Shown here: positions 29,042 through 43,108 of the stretch, one piece after another
How the letters are laid out: every line of letters starts with the position of its first letter
Position numbering within the stretch: the stretch's first letter is position 1
From: Eledone cirrhosa
Taxonomy: Eukaryota
NCBI GenBank assembly: GCA_964016885.1
Contig: OZ024743.1
Location: 196,354,001-196,418,000 of the forward strand
Direction of reading: 5' to 3'
DNA: 64,000 bases
Made by a program: the position numbers and the translations under genes
Notes under the pieces: model-generated
Told to the model about the DNA's origin: nothing
Seen by the model: only the letters and a program-made list of their open reading frames with translations
Databases searched by the model: none

Positions 29042-31787
29042 ATGGCGATATTAAGAGTAGGAAGTTTAAATATTCGAGGCCTGGGGTCACGCTGGAAGCA
29101 GGGTCGCCTGCTCAACGACCTCAGGTCTCTAGAAATGGATGTAATTGCCGTAAGCGAGACCAGGATTTCCGACACTCGTGCACTATCCCCCATTTATCGA
29201 CGACTACCAGATCTTCGCATCTGTTAGTCGGCCGAGAATGGGAGATGGGGTGGCAGTACTATTTAGGTAAAGCCTGGATCTCGAAATAAGGTCGACCTTC
29301 CGGGATTCGGGCGGTAAGTTGGTGGTCCTGGACGGGAACAATAACGAAGGTGGTACCTTTAGACTGTTGGCCTACCGGGGCCGGCGGACGGTCGGCTTGC
29401 TTAGACATTTGGAAGTCTTTCTGGCTACGTCTGGAATGGCATATTAGACACATGCTTGGATTGTGTGGGAGTAGCCGATAGGAGCGAGGTGGGGGCGCAA
29501 AAGCCTCAAGTATCTGATCATCCAGTTCCAACTGTCTGATAGGTACCGACTAGATTTCCTTATGCGCCAGTGTGGACCTGAAACATCCGCATAGGATCAT
29601 CTAGATCGTATACCGACAGAATTTCCATTAGGAAAATAGATAGAAATAGTGTAGGCTGTCCACGTTTTAAAACGGTTACCTATTCAAATCACAAGTTTGT
29701 GATCTGTATGGTCGACTTAGATAAGACGTGTAAATTAGGACCTGGCATGTAAGGCTTACAGGGACCGGGTCAACAATTTAGTTAACAAAAGTTAACAGGG
29801 GAGGGGTCATCAACAACAGATGGTGGGGGGCTCTCAAAAGAGAGATTAGAGTAATTTCGATAGGGTTTAGCAAAGAAGTAGCGTTAGAGAAAAATAGAAA
29901 ACAGGGGGAGCTGGTAGATAAGTTAGACGAGGCTATTTGTAGTGGCATTGCAACTGACGTGTTAGCGGTGAGAATGGCATTAGACCATTTCTTCAATGCG
30001 AAACACGAAGGTTGCATTGTCAGATCTAAGGCGCGTGCTCTGAGAAACGAGGGAACCAAAGCTGTTCGATGGGCCTGCGTGGCAGAGGCACGGCATGGTA
30101 ATAAAACCACAATTCGGTCTTTGACGGATCGAGATGGACGCGAGCTGAGTGATTCCAAGGGGATGTGTGAGGCCTTTCGCTAGCACTTTGCTCGGTTGTT
30201 CGGGGGAAGTGGTGAGTCGGAGATGGTAGCGGACTTCAGTCCATACATGACAACCTGCACCTCATTGGATACATCATAGAGAGGTTAGGGTATAAACCTG
30301 GCTTCGGTGGGGCTCTGATTAATTTTAATCAATCGAAAGCATTCGATAGGGGAGACCATCGGTACCTGGAAGCTAGAGCTGTTGTAGGGCATCCCGCTCG
30401 AACCAGGACGCGGAAGGGCTATATCGGCTTATGTGGACGACATCACCGGAATGTGTCGGACACCTCGGAAATCGAGGTGATCGGCAACTTATTGGAGGGA
30501 TATGAAAGGTTGACGGGAGCGAAAATTAACCCGGAAAAGTCAGTGGGATTGTAGCTCGGCACCTGGAGAGGCAAGTCCATGCCGTCCAACGTCGTCGTTG
30601 GGCGCTGGACGATTGGACCAGTAAAGTTGCTCGGGATTTGGTTCGGGCTAGACCTCCAGGGGGATAGGAATTGGAACGAGGTGACGAACAGGATAGTCAG
30701 TCTCACCCAGGTATGGGCTGCAAGGAAGCTATCACTGAAAGGTCATGTGGAGGTGGCGAATGCATCATCTACTACCTCCTGACGGTCGTGCCTTTCCCCC
30801 GTCTGCACCTCGCCAAGCTGGAACGGGGCTCCTCTTCAAATTCTTGTGGAGGAGATGGGTTCCGTTGCTGAGGTGGTCTATCTGGTGCCAGCACACTCTA
30901 CGTGGAGGGCTGGGCATGCCGTGGCTAATGATGCTCAGATATGCGCTGAGGCTGCGGCATCTCCAAATATTCTGCCTAAATGGTGAACAGGTGAGGTCAC
31001 CATTTGTCAGACGGGCCTTTCTGCAGCTCGTGTCTTTGACTGAACTGCAGTCCTGGCTCAAGAAGAGACCGACACTGGGTGACTGGCATCTGGAATGCTT
31101 CCAGGCATTCACAGCCCTCTACCAGGCGGGTAATGTGGTCAGTGGAACTTCCACTCTCGAGTTCTATAGAAGATTAGTGGTGGGCAAGTGCGACGACGTA
31201 CCCGGAGAGGCTCTGGGCGTCGACAAAGTCGAACTAACCAGTCTGTTCTGGAGGACTTTCGAGCCGGGGACGATGGATAACTTCCAAAAATCCCTCCTTG
31301 GCACTTCCGGTTCGAGATAAACTCTACAGGCACAGAAGTCCTGCAGGCGGACCTGCTCGGGATGCGCGCAGAACGACGAAACCGTTCTGCACGCACTCAT
31401 CCAGTGTCCATGCATTACTGACTTGTAGAGTTAAGTCGACCAGCTGTTGTCGTGTGTAGAAATGATCCGGCTACCGGCCGAGTCCATAGTGAAGATAGGC
31501 CTGCTGCCTTCTTTTGGCCAGGAAGGACTGGGAATTTTCCTCTGTCTGGTGGCAGTAGCGAAACAGGTTGAATGATGGACCAGGTTGAAAGGACTGAAGA
31601 CAGACACTTTTCTCTTCGGCCAATCCCTCATCAACTTTTTCAAATTTCACTTGGAAAGTAAAATAAAAGTGGAGAGAGAAGTGCTGCCCCCCAGTACATT
31701 TGCTGAAAGGTGGGTGAATGTGGCGAGAATGACCCGTGTGAGTGGGCCTACTCTGATCATCCACCTGTATGCTGGTGAATTTGAGTA
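29042..31787 (+). pseudogene. LINE ORF2 relic (AP endonuclease - deleted RT - Zn finger)
   Basis: MAILRVGSLNIRGL...DVIAVSETR; NQSKAFDR.DHRYL (about 30326); SAYVDDIT (about 30424); KINPEKSVG; CSGCAQNDETVLHALIQCP (about 31354). Large internal deletions. Confidence 0.85.
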
Positions 31788-31960
31788 GAAGGGTACCCTT
31801 CCCAGGTGCCCTCGTCGGGTGGTTCAGGATAGGTGGGGTATTTTTCTTGTTTATTGTTATTGTTTTCCTATTTTTTACTCTATTTTTATGTAAAACCTCC
31901 ACTGTCCCAGTGTGTTGTATTGTCCCCTATATGTCGGCAGTTGTGGCCAATGAATGAAGC

Positions 31961-32142
31961 CATTGGCAGTGTCGGTAGAAGGTCGGGCGCCATGCTTTGA
32001 CGCATAGAGTTAGGGCCCTTGCCATTCTGTGTTCAAATCCCGCCGAGGTTAACTTTGCCTTTCATCCTTACGGGGTCGATAAAATAAAGTACCAGTAATG
32101 CACTGGGTAATTGTTGGCGCTGTGCCAAAAGTAGAAACAATT
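31961..32142 (+). mobile_element. SINE family A directly following the Tx1 3' end
   Basis: ATTGGCAGTGTCGGTAGA...GTTCAAATCCCGCCGAGG...AGAAACAATT. Confidence 0.88.
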
Positions 32143-32415
32143 ATTATCATTATTAATATTATTTCGATTATTATTTTTATTTCGCATCATTACTGCTTTA
32201 CCGAGCACAGCTCTGTGCGCATTGGGTATGAGCAGTGTAGTTTTTACTGATGCTGTTTCTGTTGTATTGAGTAATTTTCGTAATAGGTGTGCAGTGCCTA
32301 GTAGTGCTATCTTTTGAATTCTGTATATATATATATATGTGTACGTCCAGGGGTTTGGGCTATGTATTTGTCTGTATGTTTTTTTATCATTCCTAGAGCA
32401 CCTTATTATTATTAT
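32143..32415 (-). mobile_element. 3' tip of a second R4/Dong-like LINE with (TAA)n-rich ends
   Basis: IQKIALLGTAHLLRKLLN, the terminal motif of R4-clade RLE ORFs, bounded by TAA-rich tracts. Confidence 0.75.
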
Positions 32416-32416
32416 T

Positions 32417-32730
32417 AGGGTGCTGGATTGGCAGTATCGGTTGAGCGTCGGACCACATGCTGTATAGCATAGAGTTATGATCTTGTACGTTCTCAATTGA
32501 AATCCCGCCGAGGTTAGCTGTGCAATTCATCCTTACGGGATCGATAAATAAAGTAGTAGTTATGCACTGGGGTCGATGTTATCGATTTTCTCCTCCCCAA
32601 AAATTGCTAGACTTGTGTCTAAGTTAGAAACCATTATAACTTTTCCTTTCATCCTTACGGGGTCGATAAAATAAAGTACCAGTAATGCACTGAGGTAATT
32701 GCTGGCCTTGTGCCAAAAGTAGAAACAATT
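32417..32730 (+). mobile_element. Two SINE family A copies (long and truncated)
   Basis: Consensus match. Confidence 0.85.
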
Positions 32731-32743
32731 ATATATATATATA

Positions 32744-32794
<51 letters not shown>

Positions 32795-32797
<3 letters not shown>

Positions 32798-33109
32798 GAC
32801 TTGTTCTTCTTTTTGGTAAATATCATCTTGGTCAAGAGAGTGGGACTGGCTTTGTGCAGTGCCTTTGCTCACTATAAAAGCTTCACGGCACAGGCATTGC
32901 TTTATATCTGGAGATCTCTGCACTTGTCGTCACATGGTACCATGGGCCCAGGACTATGTGTCAATAATTGTCACAAGTGTAGTGTTTGTACCAGAGTTTT
33001 CAAGTCGCTGGCTGGACTAAAAAGTCACACTCGTCAGCGCATCGGTAGGGGTTCTCCTACATGGATATAAAGTAGTGGCCGTACTCGAAAACGAGTTGGC
33101 AGCCACCAT
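32795..33109 (+). mobile_element. RTE-derived element, 5'-truncated copy ending in (TA)n
   Basis: Near-identical to 33996-34310. Confidence 0.8.
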
Positions 33110-33128
33110 ATATATATATATGTATATA

Positions 33129-33160
<32 letters not shown>

Positions 33161-33177
33161 CATGTGTGTGTGTGTGT

Positions 33178-33219
<42 letters not shown>

Positions 33220-33460
33220 TGTAATCTGAATTTTTCGAATATTAATAATAACATTCGATTCGTTTGCAATTATGCAAACAAGCCTCAATTTTATAGCCAT
33301 GTCAGTAGAATGAACACTTCATTCTTGCTCTTGTGTTGGCATGTGAACAGAACTGCAGACATTAAGGTTTCTGGGTATCAACCTTCATCTGTACAGCTCA
33401 CTGTTCACCTGCCAAACTGTCAGAGCTAGTGAAAATATATGCTATTTTCAAAAATACAGT

Positions 33461-33565
33461 GACTGATCGGCCTGATTTGCATATTAGCAGACTGGCTGAT
33501 CAGTCAGATCTGCATATTAGCAGCTCCACTGATCAGCCAGATTTGCATATCAGCAGACTGGCCAG
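33461..33565. repeat. Three copies of an approximately 33-bp tandem repeat containing ATTTGCAT
   Basis: CTGATCRGYCWGATYTGCATATYAGCAG unit; an inverted relative lies at 22202-22224. Confidence 0.7.
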
Positions 33566-33639
33566 TCAGTTTCCTGTATACGAGCGATAACTGGCCGCGT
33601 TTGCCAAATTCAAAAGTAATGTATGTATGTATATATATA

Positions 33640-33734
<95 letters not shown>

Positions 33735-33770
33735 TGTATGTATGTATGCATGTATATATATATATATATA

Positions 33771-34310
33771 TGGCGACTAAACTGGCAACCCCACCAAGGT
33801 TTCTTGGTGAGGAGGGTGACTTTGGACATTCTGCAGGACTAAAAACAAAACCTGTCAAAGGGCAAAGAAGCTCTTAAGAGTCAATGGCCATCCAAAATCA
33901 GCGGGAAAGATGACCCCTTAGCTAGTGTCAAGGCATAATTCTAGGAAAAGGAAAACTCTGATATAACACCTGCAACCCTGATGGTATCCAATGATGTTGA
34001 CTTGCTCTTCTTTTTGTTAATATTATCTTGGTTGAGAGAGTGGGACTGGCTTTGTGCAGTGCCTTTGCTCACTATAAAAGCTTCACGGCACAGGCATTGC
34101 TTTATATCTGGAGATCTCTCTGCACTTGTCGTCACATGGTACCATGGGCCCAGGACTATGTGTCAATAATTGTCACAAGTGTAGTGTTTGTACCAGAGTT
34201 TTCAAGTCGCTGGCTGGACTAAAAATCACACTCGTTCAGCGCATCGGTAGGGGTTCTCCTACATGGATATAAAGTAGTGACCGTACTCGAAAACGAGTTG
34301 GCAGCCACCA
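33771..34310 (+). mobile_element. RTE-derived non-autonomous element
   Basis: Inverse of 24885-25380; ends GGCAGCCACCA(TA)n. Confidence 0.8.
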
Positions 34311-34320
34311 TATATATATG

Positions 34321-34455
<135 letters not shown>

Positions 34456-34526
34456 ATGTATATATATATATATGTATGTATATATATATATATGTATGTA
34501 TATACATATATATATATATATATATA

Positions 34527-35095
34527 CATAAATATAAGTATGTATACGTACATACATATATGTATACAGACGTACAGTAGTATGTATATACATACATACA
34601 TGCACACATATATATATGTACGTATGGGTTTGCCGAAAATGTATTATAATGTTCGGTTTGTTTGTAAACAAACAGCCCGAATTAAGCCGTACAGTGTTCG
34701 GCAACCATCGTTGCCCTTTTTTTCAACACTGGCAAAGGAACGATGAACTAGTTTCTAGCTTATAAGCTGTCATCAGCACCGTATACCTTCCTGTCAGTCG
34801 ATTGAACGTTTTAAAGTATATACTTTCCTTATGCATATTAACGGCTTGGCAGCCTAATTTATATATGGAGTGAGTTAGTCGGCCGGGCGTACCGGAAACG
34901 ATAAATGGAAAAAATGAAATTTCATTTCTCACTCTTAGTACGGCTGATACTTAAATATAAGTATGTATACGTGCATACATATATGTATACAGACGTACAG
35001 TAGTATGTATATATATACATACATGTACACATATATATATATGTACGTATGGGTTTACCGAACATTTATTATAATGTTCGGTTTGTTTGTAAACA
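34527..35095 (-). mobile_element. Hammerhead-bearing approximately 420-bp repeat unit plus partial tandem copy (pLTR/retrozyme-like)
   Basis: 34530-34668 is repeated at 34953-35095. Inverted homologue at 36650-37305. Confidence 0.7.
34740..34782 (-). ncRNA. Minimal type I hammerhead ribozyme
   Basis: Minus strand ACGGTG-CTGATGA-CAGCTT at AAGCTA-GAAA-CTAG-TT-CATCGT. Confidence 0.7.
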
Positions 35096-35140
35096 ATATA
35101 TATATATAACAATATATATATATATATATACAATGTATAT

Positions 35141-35172
<32 letters not shown>

Positions 35173-35227
35173 CATACATATATATATACATACATACATA
35201 TATATATACATACATATATATATATAC

Positions 35228-35375
<148 letters not shown>

Positions 35376-35577
35376 TTCGTTTCTGAATTTGTTTAGCAAG
35401 ATTCTTTATCTGAAATCGTGTGTTGAAACCGATATTGTTATACTTTGGGAGGGTCATGTTGCCAATAAGAAACACACGCACCAGTTGCTTTCACTTCAAT
35501 TTATTACGTATTTATAAATTTATAAATTTACAAATCTACAAACTTGACCAGGTACCTCCGTAAATCTACAAACTAGA

Positions 35578-35990
35578 CCAGGTACCTCCGTAAAAACACT
35601 TATTAGCAAGACATACCAGTTCTAAAGACCCTCATGTATAGATAATAAATGTATAACCTGTAAAATAAGCCCCCATATTAACTGTAAAACTAGAAATGTA
35701 GTGTATAGCATAAGATGTACTGAAGGACAATGTAGAAACAAAAATATAGTGTACATAGTTGAGACAGCTCGTAGTATAGGGGAACGAATAAATGAACACT
35801 GGCAAGACCTTCAAGATAATAGGGAATCATCTGTGCTCTACCAACATGCTAAGATAGAACACAGGGGTAAATTAGAGAACATAGAAATAAAAATAGAATC
35901 CACACACAGAAAAGATGCAATGTTTAGGCAAATTACAGAGGCAGTAAGCATAAAAGCATACAACCAAAATTAAATAGAAAATATGAGTGG
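35578..35990 (+). pseudogene. Penelope GIY-YIG endonuclease C-terminal fragment with upstream Cys-rich motif
   Basis: In frame: PSCIDNKCITC...NCKTRNVVYSIRC...YIVETARSIGERINEH...LYQH...RQITEAVSI, then frameshifted LNRKYEW. Confidence 0.85.
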
Positions 35991-36225
35991 AACAGCAACA
36001 TCACAACTTACAATTAAGGACAAAATGAAAACACACACGCACATAGAACAAACAACCAACCAACAATAAATAAATAAATAAATAAACAAATAGATAAATG
36101 AACACAAACACACACAGACACCCGGATGTGGCGCATGCGCAAACTGAGCACACAACACACACACAGAAACAAAATGGCGTATGACAGAAGAAAGGAAAGG
36201 CACAGAAACAAAGAAAGGAATCCCC

Positions 36226-36270
36226 AGTCACTGAGGAGGTCACAGAGTGTGTGACGAAAGGACTATGACT
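36226..36270 (+). ncRNA. Minimal type I hammerhead ribozyme in the Penelope pLTR
   Basis: AGTCA-CTGAGGA-g-GTCACA gagtg TGTGAC-GAAA-GGAC-TA-TGACT; stems I and II pair fully. Confidence 0.75.
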
Positions 36271-36542
36271 ATATATAAACAACTATCTGGTTGTGGAACC
36301 AACCAACCAACCAGAAATTTATAAGTTTGTAGATTTGTAAATTTATAAATTTATAAATATATAATAAATTGAAGTGAAAGCAACTGGTGCGTGTGTTTCT
36401 TATTGGCAACATGACCCTCCCAAAGTATAACAATATATATATATACATATATATATACATACATATATATATACATACATATATATATATATACATTCAT
36501 ATATATATACATACATATATATATACATATATATATACATAC

Positions 36543-37347
<805 letters not shown>

Positions 37348-37418
37348 ATTTACATATACATAAAGTCAGGAGAGGAAATGGTATATATTTTATCTAATAA
37401 TTCTAAGGACATGATTTA

Positions 37419-37474
<56 letters not shown>

Positions 37475-38617
37475 ATATATATATACATGTATATATATCA
37501 TAGAGCATTAGTATGTCGTCTTTGTGTGGATTTCGAATTATCTTATCAGTTAACTTTTATATACATATGTACAAAAGATAAGTCAAACCTAAACGAATAA
37601 CTCTAACAAATGAAATACCGCCACAATTACATTTTTAAAAACCATATTTTCTAAATACCAAATGTATTGTTTTAAAGAAATATTTCACTGAATCACCGTT
37701 GGCTATAGGGTAAAAGTTTACTGTCACTAAACATTTTATGTCTGAAAATACATTCACAATGAGCCCTGTTAAATGCATCACCGTCTTTACTTCAAGGTAT
37801 TTTAGCGATAATGCTTTTTGTACAAAAATATATTAACTATAGCCTGCTTGTCTGCAACAAAATAGAACTACACCATCAACAGATTAACAATAGAAAGATA
37901 CTAAAATAATACCAGTTTCTATTTGTGTTTACATCATATACCTATTAGATATGTCTGTGGATAGAAAAAACGAGTTAAAACTACAGCCTCTCTTTAATAA
38001 CTATAGGCGTTGTGTGGAAATGTCTACATATATATTTGCAAATAACGTTGTAGCGAAAATATTGCAAAATTCTATTTGTTTCGTACAAAAACAATTGAAT
38101 ACATCTATAAAACAATGAAACCATTTAAAGCTTCAATTATTTTCTGACATATCTGTCAATTACAAAAACCAAAACCAATGAAATATACACAAATGGAAGT
38201 TTCAATAAAAATAAAATCAATTGACAAGAATCAGAAGCCAATCAAATTGAGGGAGAGAAAAATCTTTGAAAGTAAAAGGTGTTTAAAGCTGATATGAAGT
38301 TTTCCACTAAAAATAAAGATATACGAAAATAAATTCTTATTTTCACTCTATTTTGACTATCATATTGAAATTTTGGTTTTACATTTCAGAGAAATTTGAA
38401 ATTGCTATCAAATCTATTTTAAAATATTTGAGTGTAACATTCATCCATCGAGATGTCAGATATTTAACCGCACTTACTGAGACTACGTCACCATTTGCTC
38501 TCTTAAATTTAATACTTTCCAGTCTAGTAACTCCATCTTCCAGACATCATCTAAACATATCTAACAAACACGGTCATCAAAACATTTGTCTTTTTAATTA
38601 ACACTCTCAGACCTAAA

Positions 38618-39568
38618 ATGGGTGCCTGGCACCTCGAGTCCCTTCAAATGCTCACAGCCCTCTACCAAGCGGAAACAGCAATCAGCGGAGACTCCACTTC
38701 GACATTCTATAGGGGATTAGTGGAGGATAAGTGCGACGACGTTCTCGGGGAAAATCTAGGCATCGAGGAGACCGAACTGACCAGTCTGTTCGGGAGGACT
38801 TTCCGTCCAGGGCCTATGGATAACTTCCAGAGGTCTCTGGCGTAGCAGTGCTACCGAGGAGCTCTACCAGTTCGAGACAAAATCTACAGGCACGGACGCC
38901 CTGGCAGAGATCCTGCCAAAAGGACCTGTTCAAGATGCGAGCAGGACATCGAAACCGTTCTGCACGCAATTGTTCAGTTCCCGGGGGTGACCGACCTGTG
39001 GAATTATGTCGAACAGCTATTGTCACGTGTGGGACGCATCCAGTTGTCAGCCGAGTCCATCGTGAGGATCACCCCGCCTCATTCATTTAAGAATGGAGAG
39101 GCGATTTTCCTCTGTCTGGTGGCTATGGCGAAAGAGGTAATATGGTGGACGAGGTTAAAAGGATTGAGGGCAAACACCTTTCTCTTCGGACAACAACTCA
39201 TCCTCTTCTTTAAGTACCACTTCAGAAGGAAGGTGCGAGTGGAGAGAGAGGTGCTACACCCCAGTAAATTCGCTGAAAAGTGGGTAAATGTGGCGAAAAT
39301 GGCCCGAGTGAATGGGCCTTCTCTGTATATATACCTGTAGGTTGAGGAAGATAAACAGAGGGAAGACAGGAGCACCTACAAAACGTGTTCCTGGTGTTGA
39401 GGGATGTAAAACAAACCTGCAGTAACGTTCCCCCCTATTGGGGATTTCAATTGTTATTTTATTATATATAGTTTATTGTTATTTATTAATGTTAAATCTA
39501 TATGATTTTCATGTAAAACCCCCGCCGTAATGTCCCATTTTTGTACCCCCCTGTGGCAAATAAAAAAA
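38618..39568 (+). mobile_element. Tx1/L1-clade LINE 3' fragment with poly(A)
   Basis: Paralogous to 31075-31790 (GPMDNFQRSLA, C..C...ETVLHAIVQ, FAEKWVNVAKMARV). Ends TGTGGCAAATAAAAAAA. Confidence 0.88.
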
Positions 39569-39569
39569 G

Positions 39570-40310
39570 ATATCTATTAATACTATCAACAAAACAATGG
39601 TCTATCTAGTAAAAACTATTATCTAAGCTCTGCTCTATCTAGTGAACACTACCATGTAAACACTGAACACTATCAACCACTGGTTTATCTCGTAAACAGT
39701 AGCATCTAAGTATTGAACTATAATAAATCTATTTAGTAAGTACTATCAACTGAAATTTTGTCTGTCTAGTGAATATTATCCATTAAACATTCATCTATCT
39801 ACTGAATATTATCCACTAAATTGCATTTATTTAGCTAACAATATCAACAAAACACTCGTCTATCTAGTGAACATTATCAACTAAACAGCTACTAAACACT
39901 ATTCACTAAACATTGGACTGACAAATAAATACTTTCAACAAAACATCTAGTAAACAAAGTACCAGTAATGTACTGGGTAATTACTGGCCTTGTGCCAAAA
40001 GTAGAAACAATTATTAACTAAACAAGAAATAATTGTTTCTACTTTAGGCACAAGGCCAGCAATTTCCCAGTACTTTATTTTATCGACCCCGTAAGGATGA
40101 AAGGCAAAGTCAACCTCGGTGGGATTTGAACTCATGAAAGTTGGGCTCGTCCCAATAATATCAAACATTAGTCTCTCTCTGGTCAAAACTACCAAACATT
40201 GGTCACACTAGTCAACACTATCAACTGTTGGTCACTGTAGTTAACGTTATTAACCATTGGTTTATCAAGTCAACACTCTCAACATTTGGGTTATCTACAC
40301 GAGACACTGT
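39570..40310. repeat. Degenerate 33-bp minisatellite, interrupted by SINE fragments at 39950-40135
   Basis: Unit approximately TCTATCTAGTGAACACTATCAACTAAACATTGG; TCTATCTAGT recurs at 39601 and 39634. Confidence 0.75.
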
Positions 40311-40468
40311 TAAGGGTAGGTACAAACATCGAATTGAAGGTAACGAATTTAGCTTCACAAATTTTATTTTAAATGCTTGAAGAAATTTGGCTACGAACTG
40401 TTTCAATATTTCCCTTGCAAACTTCGAACACATAAGGCTATACTCAGTAAAATATATATGTATATAAA

Positions 40469-40591
40469 CAGTGCCAGATGTGTGTCAAATGGGGCTCTGT
40501 GTAAGTTAAGTAATGCGGCCCCTTACTTGGGCCCTTAGTGAGGTAAACATTTGGGGGACAGGGCCCTGTGCTTAAGCACACCTAAGCACTG
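40469..40591. mobile_element. Possible short hAT-type MITE
   Basis: CAGTGC...GCACTG ends with GGGCCC-rich interior; TSD only partial. Confidence 0.35.
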
Positions 40592-41307
40592 TATATGGAA
40601 ATATAATTTAATATGTTTAAAATATGTTTACATATATTCTACAAAACTTAAAATTTCAAGATTCAGTTCATTGAGAAATACAGGCGAACATTTAGAAACT
40701 CACATAGGATGTAATACATCTTATACAACAGGAAAACCTTTACGTTGTGCAAGAAAATAATCCGATTGAAGTGTATGTTTCCCTTCACGCTAGACAAGGT
40801 ATCCAACGGAAATGAAATTTGTAGACAGCATTTTTTTTTATTCTTTTTTTGTGTGTGGGGAGGTGGGGGTATTGGTAAGACACGTGGAGATTATCTGCTG
40901 TTTTAATTTTGCTATTCAAGGACAGGGAACCCTCGTGAGAATATTTGTAAATATTTAAAAGACTCAGTGTAAATATATCAAAGCTCCAATATCTAGTTTC
41001 TTTATAACATAGTCACTGGTGAGTGTAATAGAGTGGAACCGAATTCCCTCAGAGACGATTATACAGACCAACCTAAATTTCTGCGGGGAGCCTTTTTCAC
41101 TTCACTTATATCGTTAACACCCTTGGAAAAACATATTAAGTCACACAATCTCCCATCTTAACTAAATAATTTAAATGCTAATGATTAAATATGTAAAATC
41201 TGAGAATATTGCATTGTACGTGTTGCATGTTTCAAATATTCCATACATTTTTTTCATTTGAATGTATATGTGACTATGTATGTCTATATATATGCGTTCG
41301 GGTACAT

Positions 41308-41338
<31 letters not shown>

Positions 41339-41364
41339 TTATACATATATATATATATTTATAC

Positions 41365-41399
<35 letters not shown>

Positions 41400-42129
41400 C
41401 ACTTCATGCATACATACACTTCATGCATACATACATTTATATGAATGTATCATTTTTGTGTAAACAAAGGCGCGAGCGCACTCATACACTCACACACATA
41501 CACACGCACACACATGCATGTTACAGTTTTTGAAGGAAAATTAAAGAGGAAGATATTCAATACTTGGTGTAGAACTTCTTCGCATATATATTTGAACCGA
41601 AACCCCAAGCAGGAAGGGAAAGATCATCTGGTTCAAATCACTTCTCAGACTAAATGTGGCGTCATATGTAGTAACATATTCCTCAGGGCTAGTCACTACA
41701 CATTTCACAATCAATCAGAAGTGCCACAAGCCCTTTGTTAGGGACATTAAAAACAAAAACAAAAATGATACAGAGCAGGTCGTCAGATCAAACCAAGGGA
41801 ACAATGTTTTCCTTGGTATTACCATTGCTGCTGCTACCTGATGGTCATAGCTCCTAGCAGAAGGAATTGCGTGATATAAAGTATTTTACTCAATAACACA
41901 ATGTGGTGCCAGACCAAGAATTGAACTCATGACCTGATGATCGTGAATCCAATACCGCAAACATTAGGTCACTCTCCCTCACATTACAAATGTTACTTGC
42001 AGCTGAACTTGCCACAAAATGCATGGTATCCAGAACGTAAAAACTATGATAGCTAACAACTCTCAGCAGATAGGTGTGTTTTCTACACTCAACAAAAATA
42101 CACATTCTGCTTATGTATTGATTTCTCTT

Positions 42130-42224
42130 CGTCAACTTTGCCTTTCATCCGTACGGGGTCGATAAAATAAAGTACCAGTAATGTACTGGGTAATTGCTGG
42201 CCTTGTGCCAAAAGTAGAAACAAT
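42130..42224 (+). mobile_element. SINE family A 3' half
   Basis: Consensus match. Confidence 0.85.
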
Positions 42225-42254
42225 ATTACATATATATCTAAGTCTAAAGTCTGT

Positions 42255-42520
42255 CTTAAGCCAGAAGGCTCATTTGACCGGTGTTTATCCCAGTTTCACG
42301 GTGTGAAGCGACTGAGAGTACATGACTCCCCCTGGACAGTATACCAGTTCATCGCAGGGTTAAACCCCCAGCTATTGCTGGTACTCATTTTCAGGTGAGT
42401 ATACTGGAGGAACGTGAAATGATGTGTTTTGCTCAAGAACACAACACGCAACTCAGGAATCGAACCTCGACATTATGATCGTAACTCCAACAACCCTTAC
42501 CACTAGGCTATGTGCCTCCA
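42255..42520 (-). mobile_element. CORE-type tRNA SINE (family B)
   Basis: Minus strand: TAGCCTAGTGGTAAGG (A box), GGTTCGATTCC (B box), TGTGTTCTTGAGCAAAACAC (CORE-like). Confidence 0.8.
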
Positions 42521-42547
42521 CATTATATATACACACGAACACGCATA

Positions 42548-42594
<47 letters not shown>

Positions 42595-43108
42595 TCGTGT
42601 GAATTTACTTATGTTTCATCGTATGCGCGTACAGACGCGATTTCAATTGATCTCATTTATTGGCAAGCATAATAATTAGTGTCCTTAAAAACGAAAGAAG
42701 AGAAAATAAATCGTGGAACTAAGCAGATCAGCTGGCAATTAAAGTATACGCTAAAGAGTCAGTTTAATGTATTCTCGGAGAATCTTGATCAGTTGAGATC
42801 TAGAAAGGAAACTAACCTGTCGTCACGTTTTCGTCATAGTTATTAGTGACACAGCACGTTATTCCTACGTAAAGTACCTAAATAACGAGAGATAAGTCTT
42901 ATCCACAATAATCTGCAACTGGTTAATATGAAAGCTCAAATATTTGAATGTGTAGGACGTTGATACAATCATTTTCCAAGTACTGAAAATGAAACTGACA
43001 GTAAAAACCATTTCTTTTTCTATCTTTCTTAAATTATAACTCTATCAAGTAATAGGAATTGGAATGGGGTTAAACTCCTGATGGAGTTGTAGAAGCGCCA
43101 TAGTTACA

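Larger units (their letters stand above)
26899..31958 (+). mobile_element. Decayed near-full-length Tx1/L1-clade LINE
   Basis: ORF1 relic, AP-endonuclease start, RT remnants, C-terminal Zn motif and 3'UTR in order. Candidate TSD GCTATTGG (26891-26898) / GCCATTGG (31959-31966). Confidence 0.85.

Noticed and set aside
39570-40310. CRISPR-like 33-bp periodicity
   Set aside because: Contiguous degenerate units, no spacers, no cas genes, eukaryotic context.
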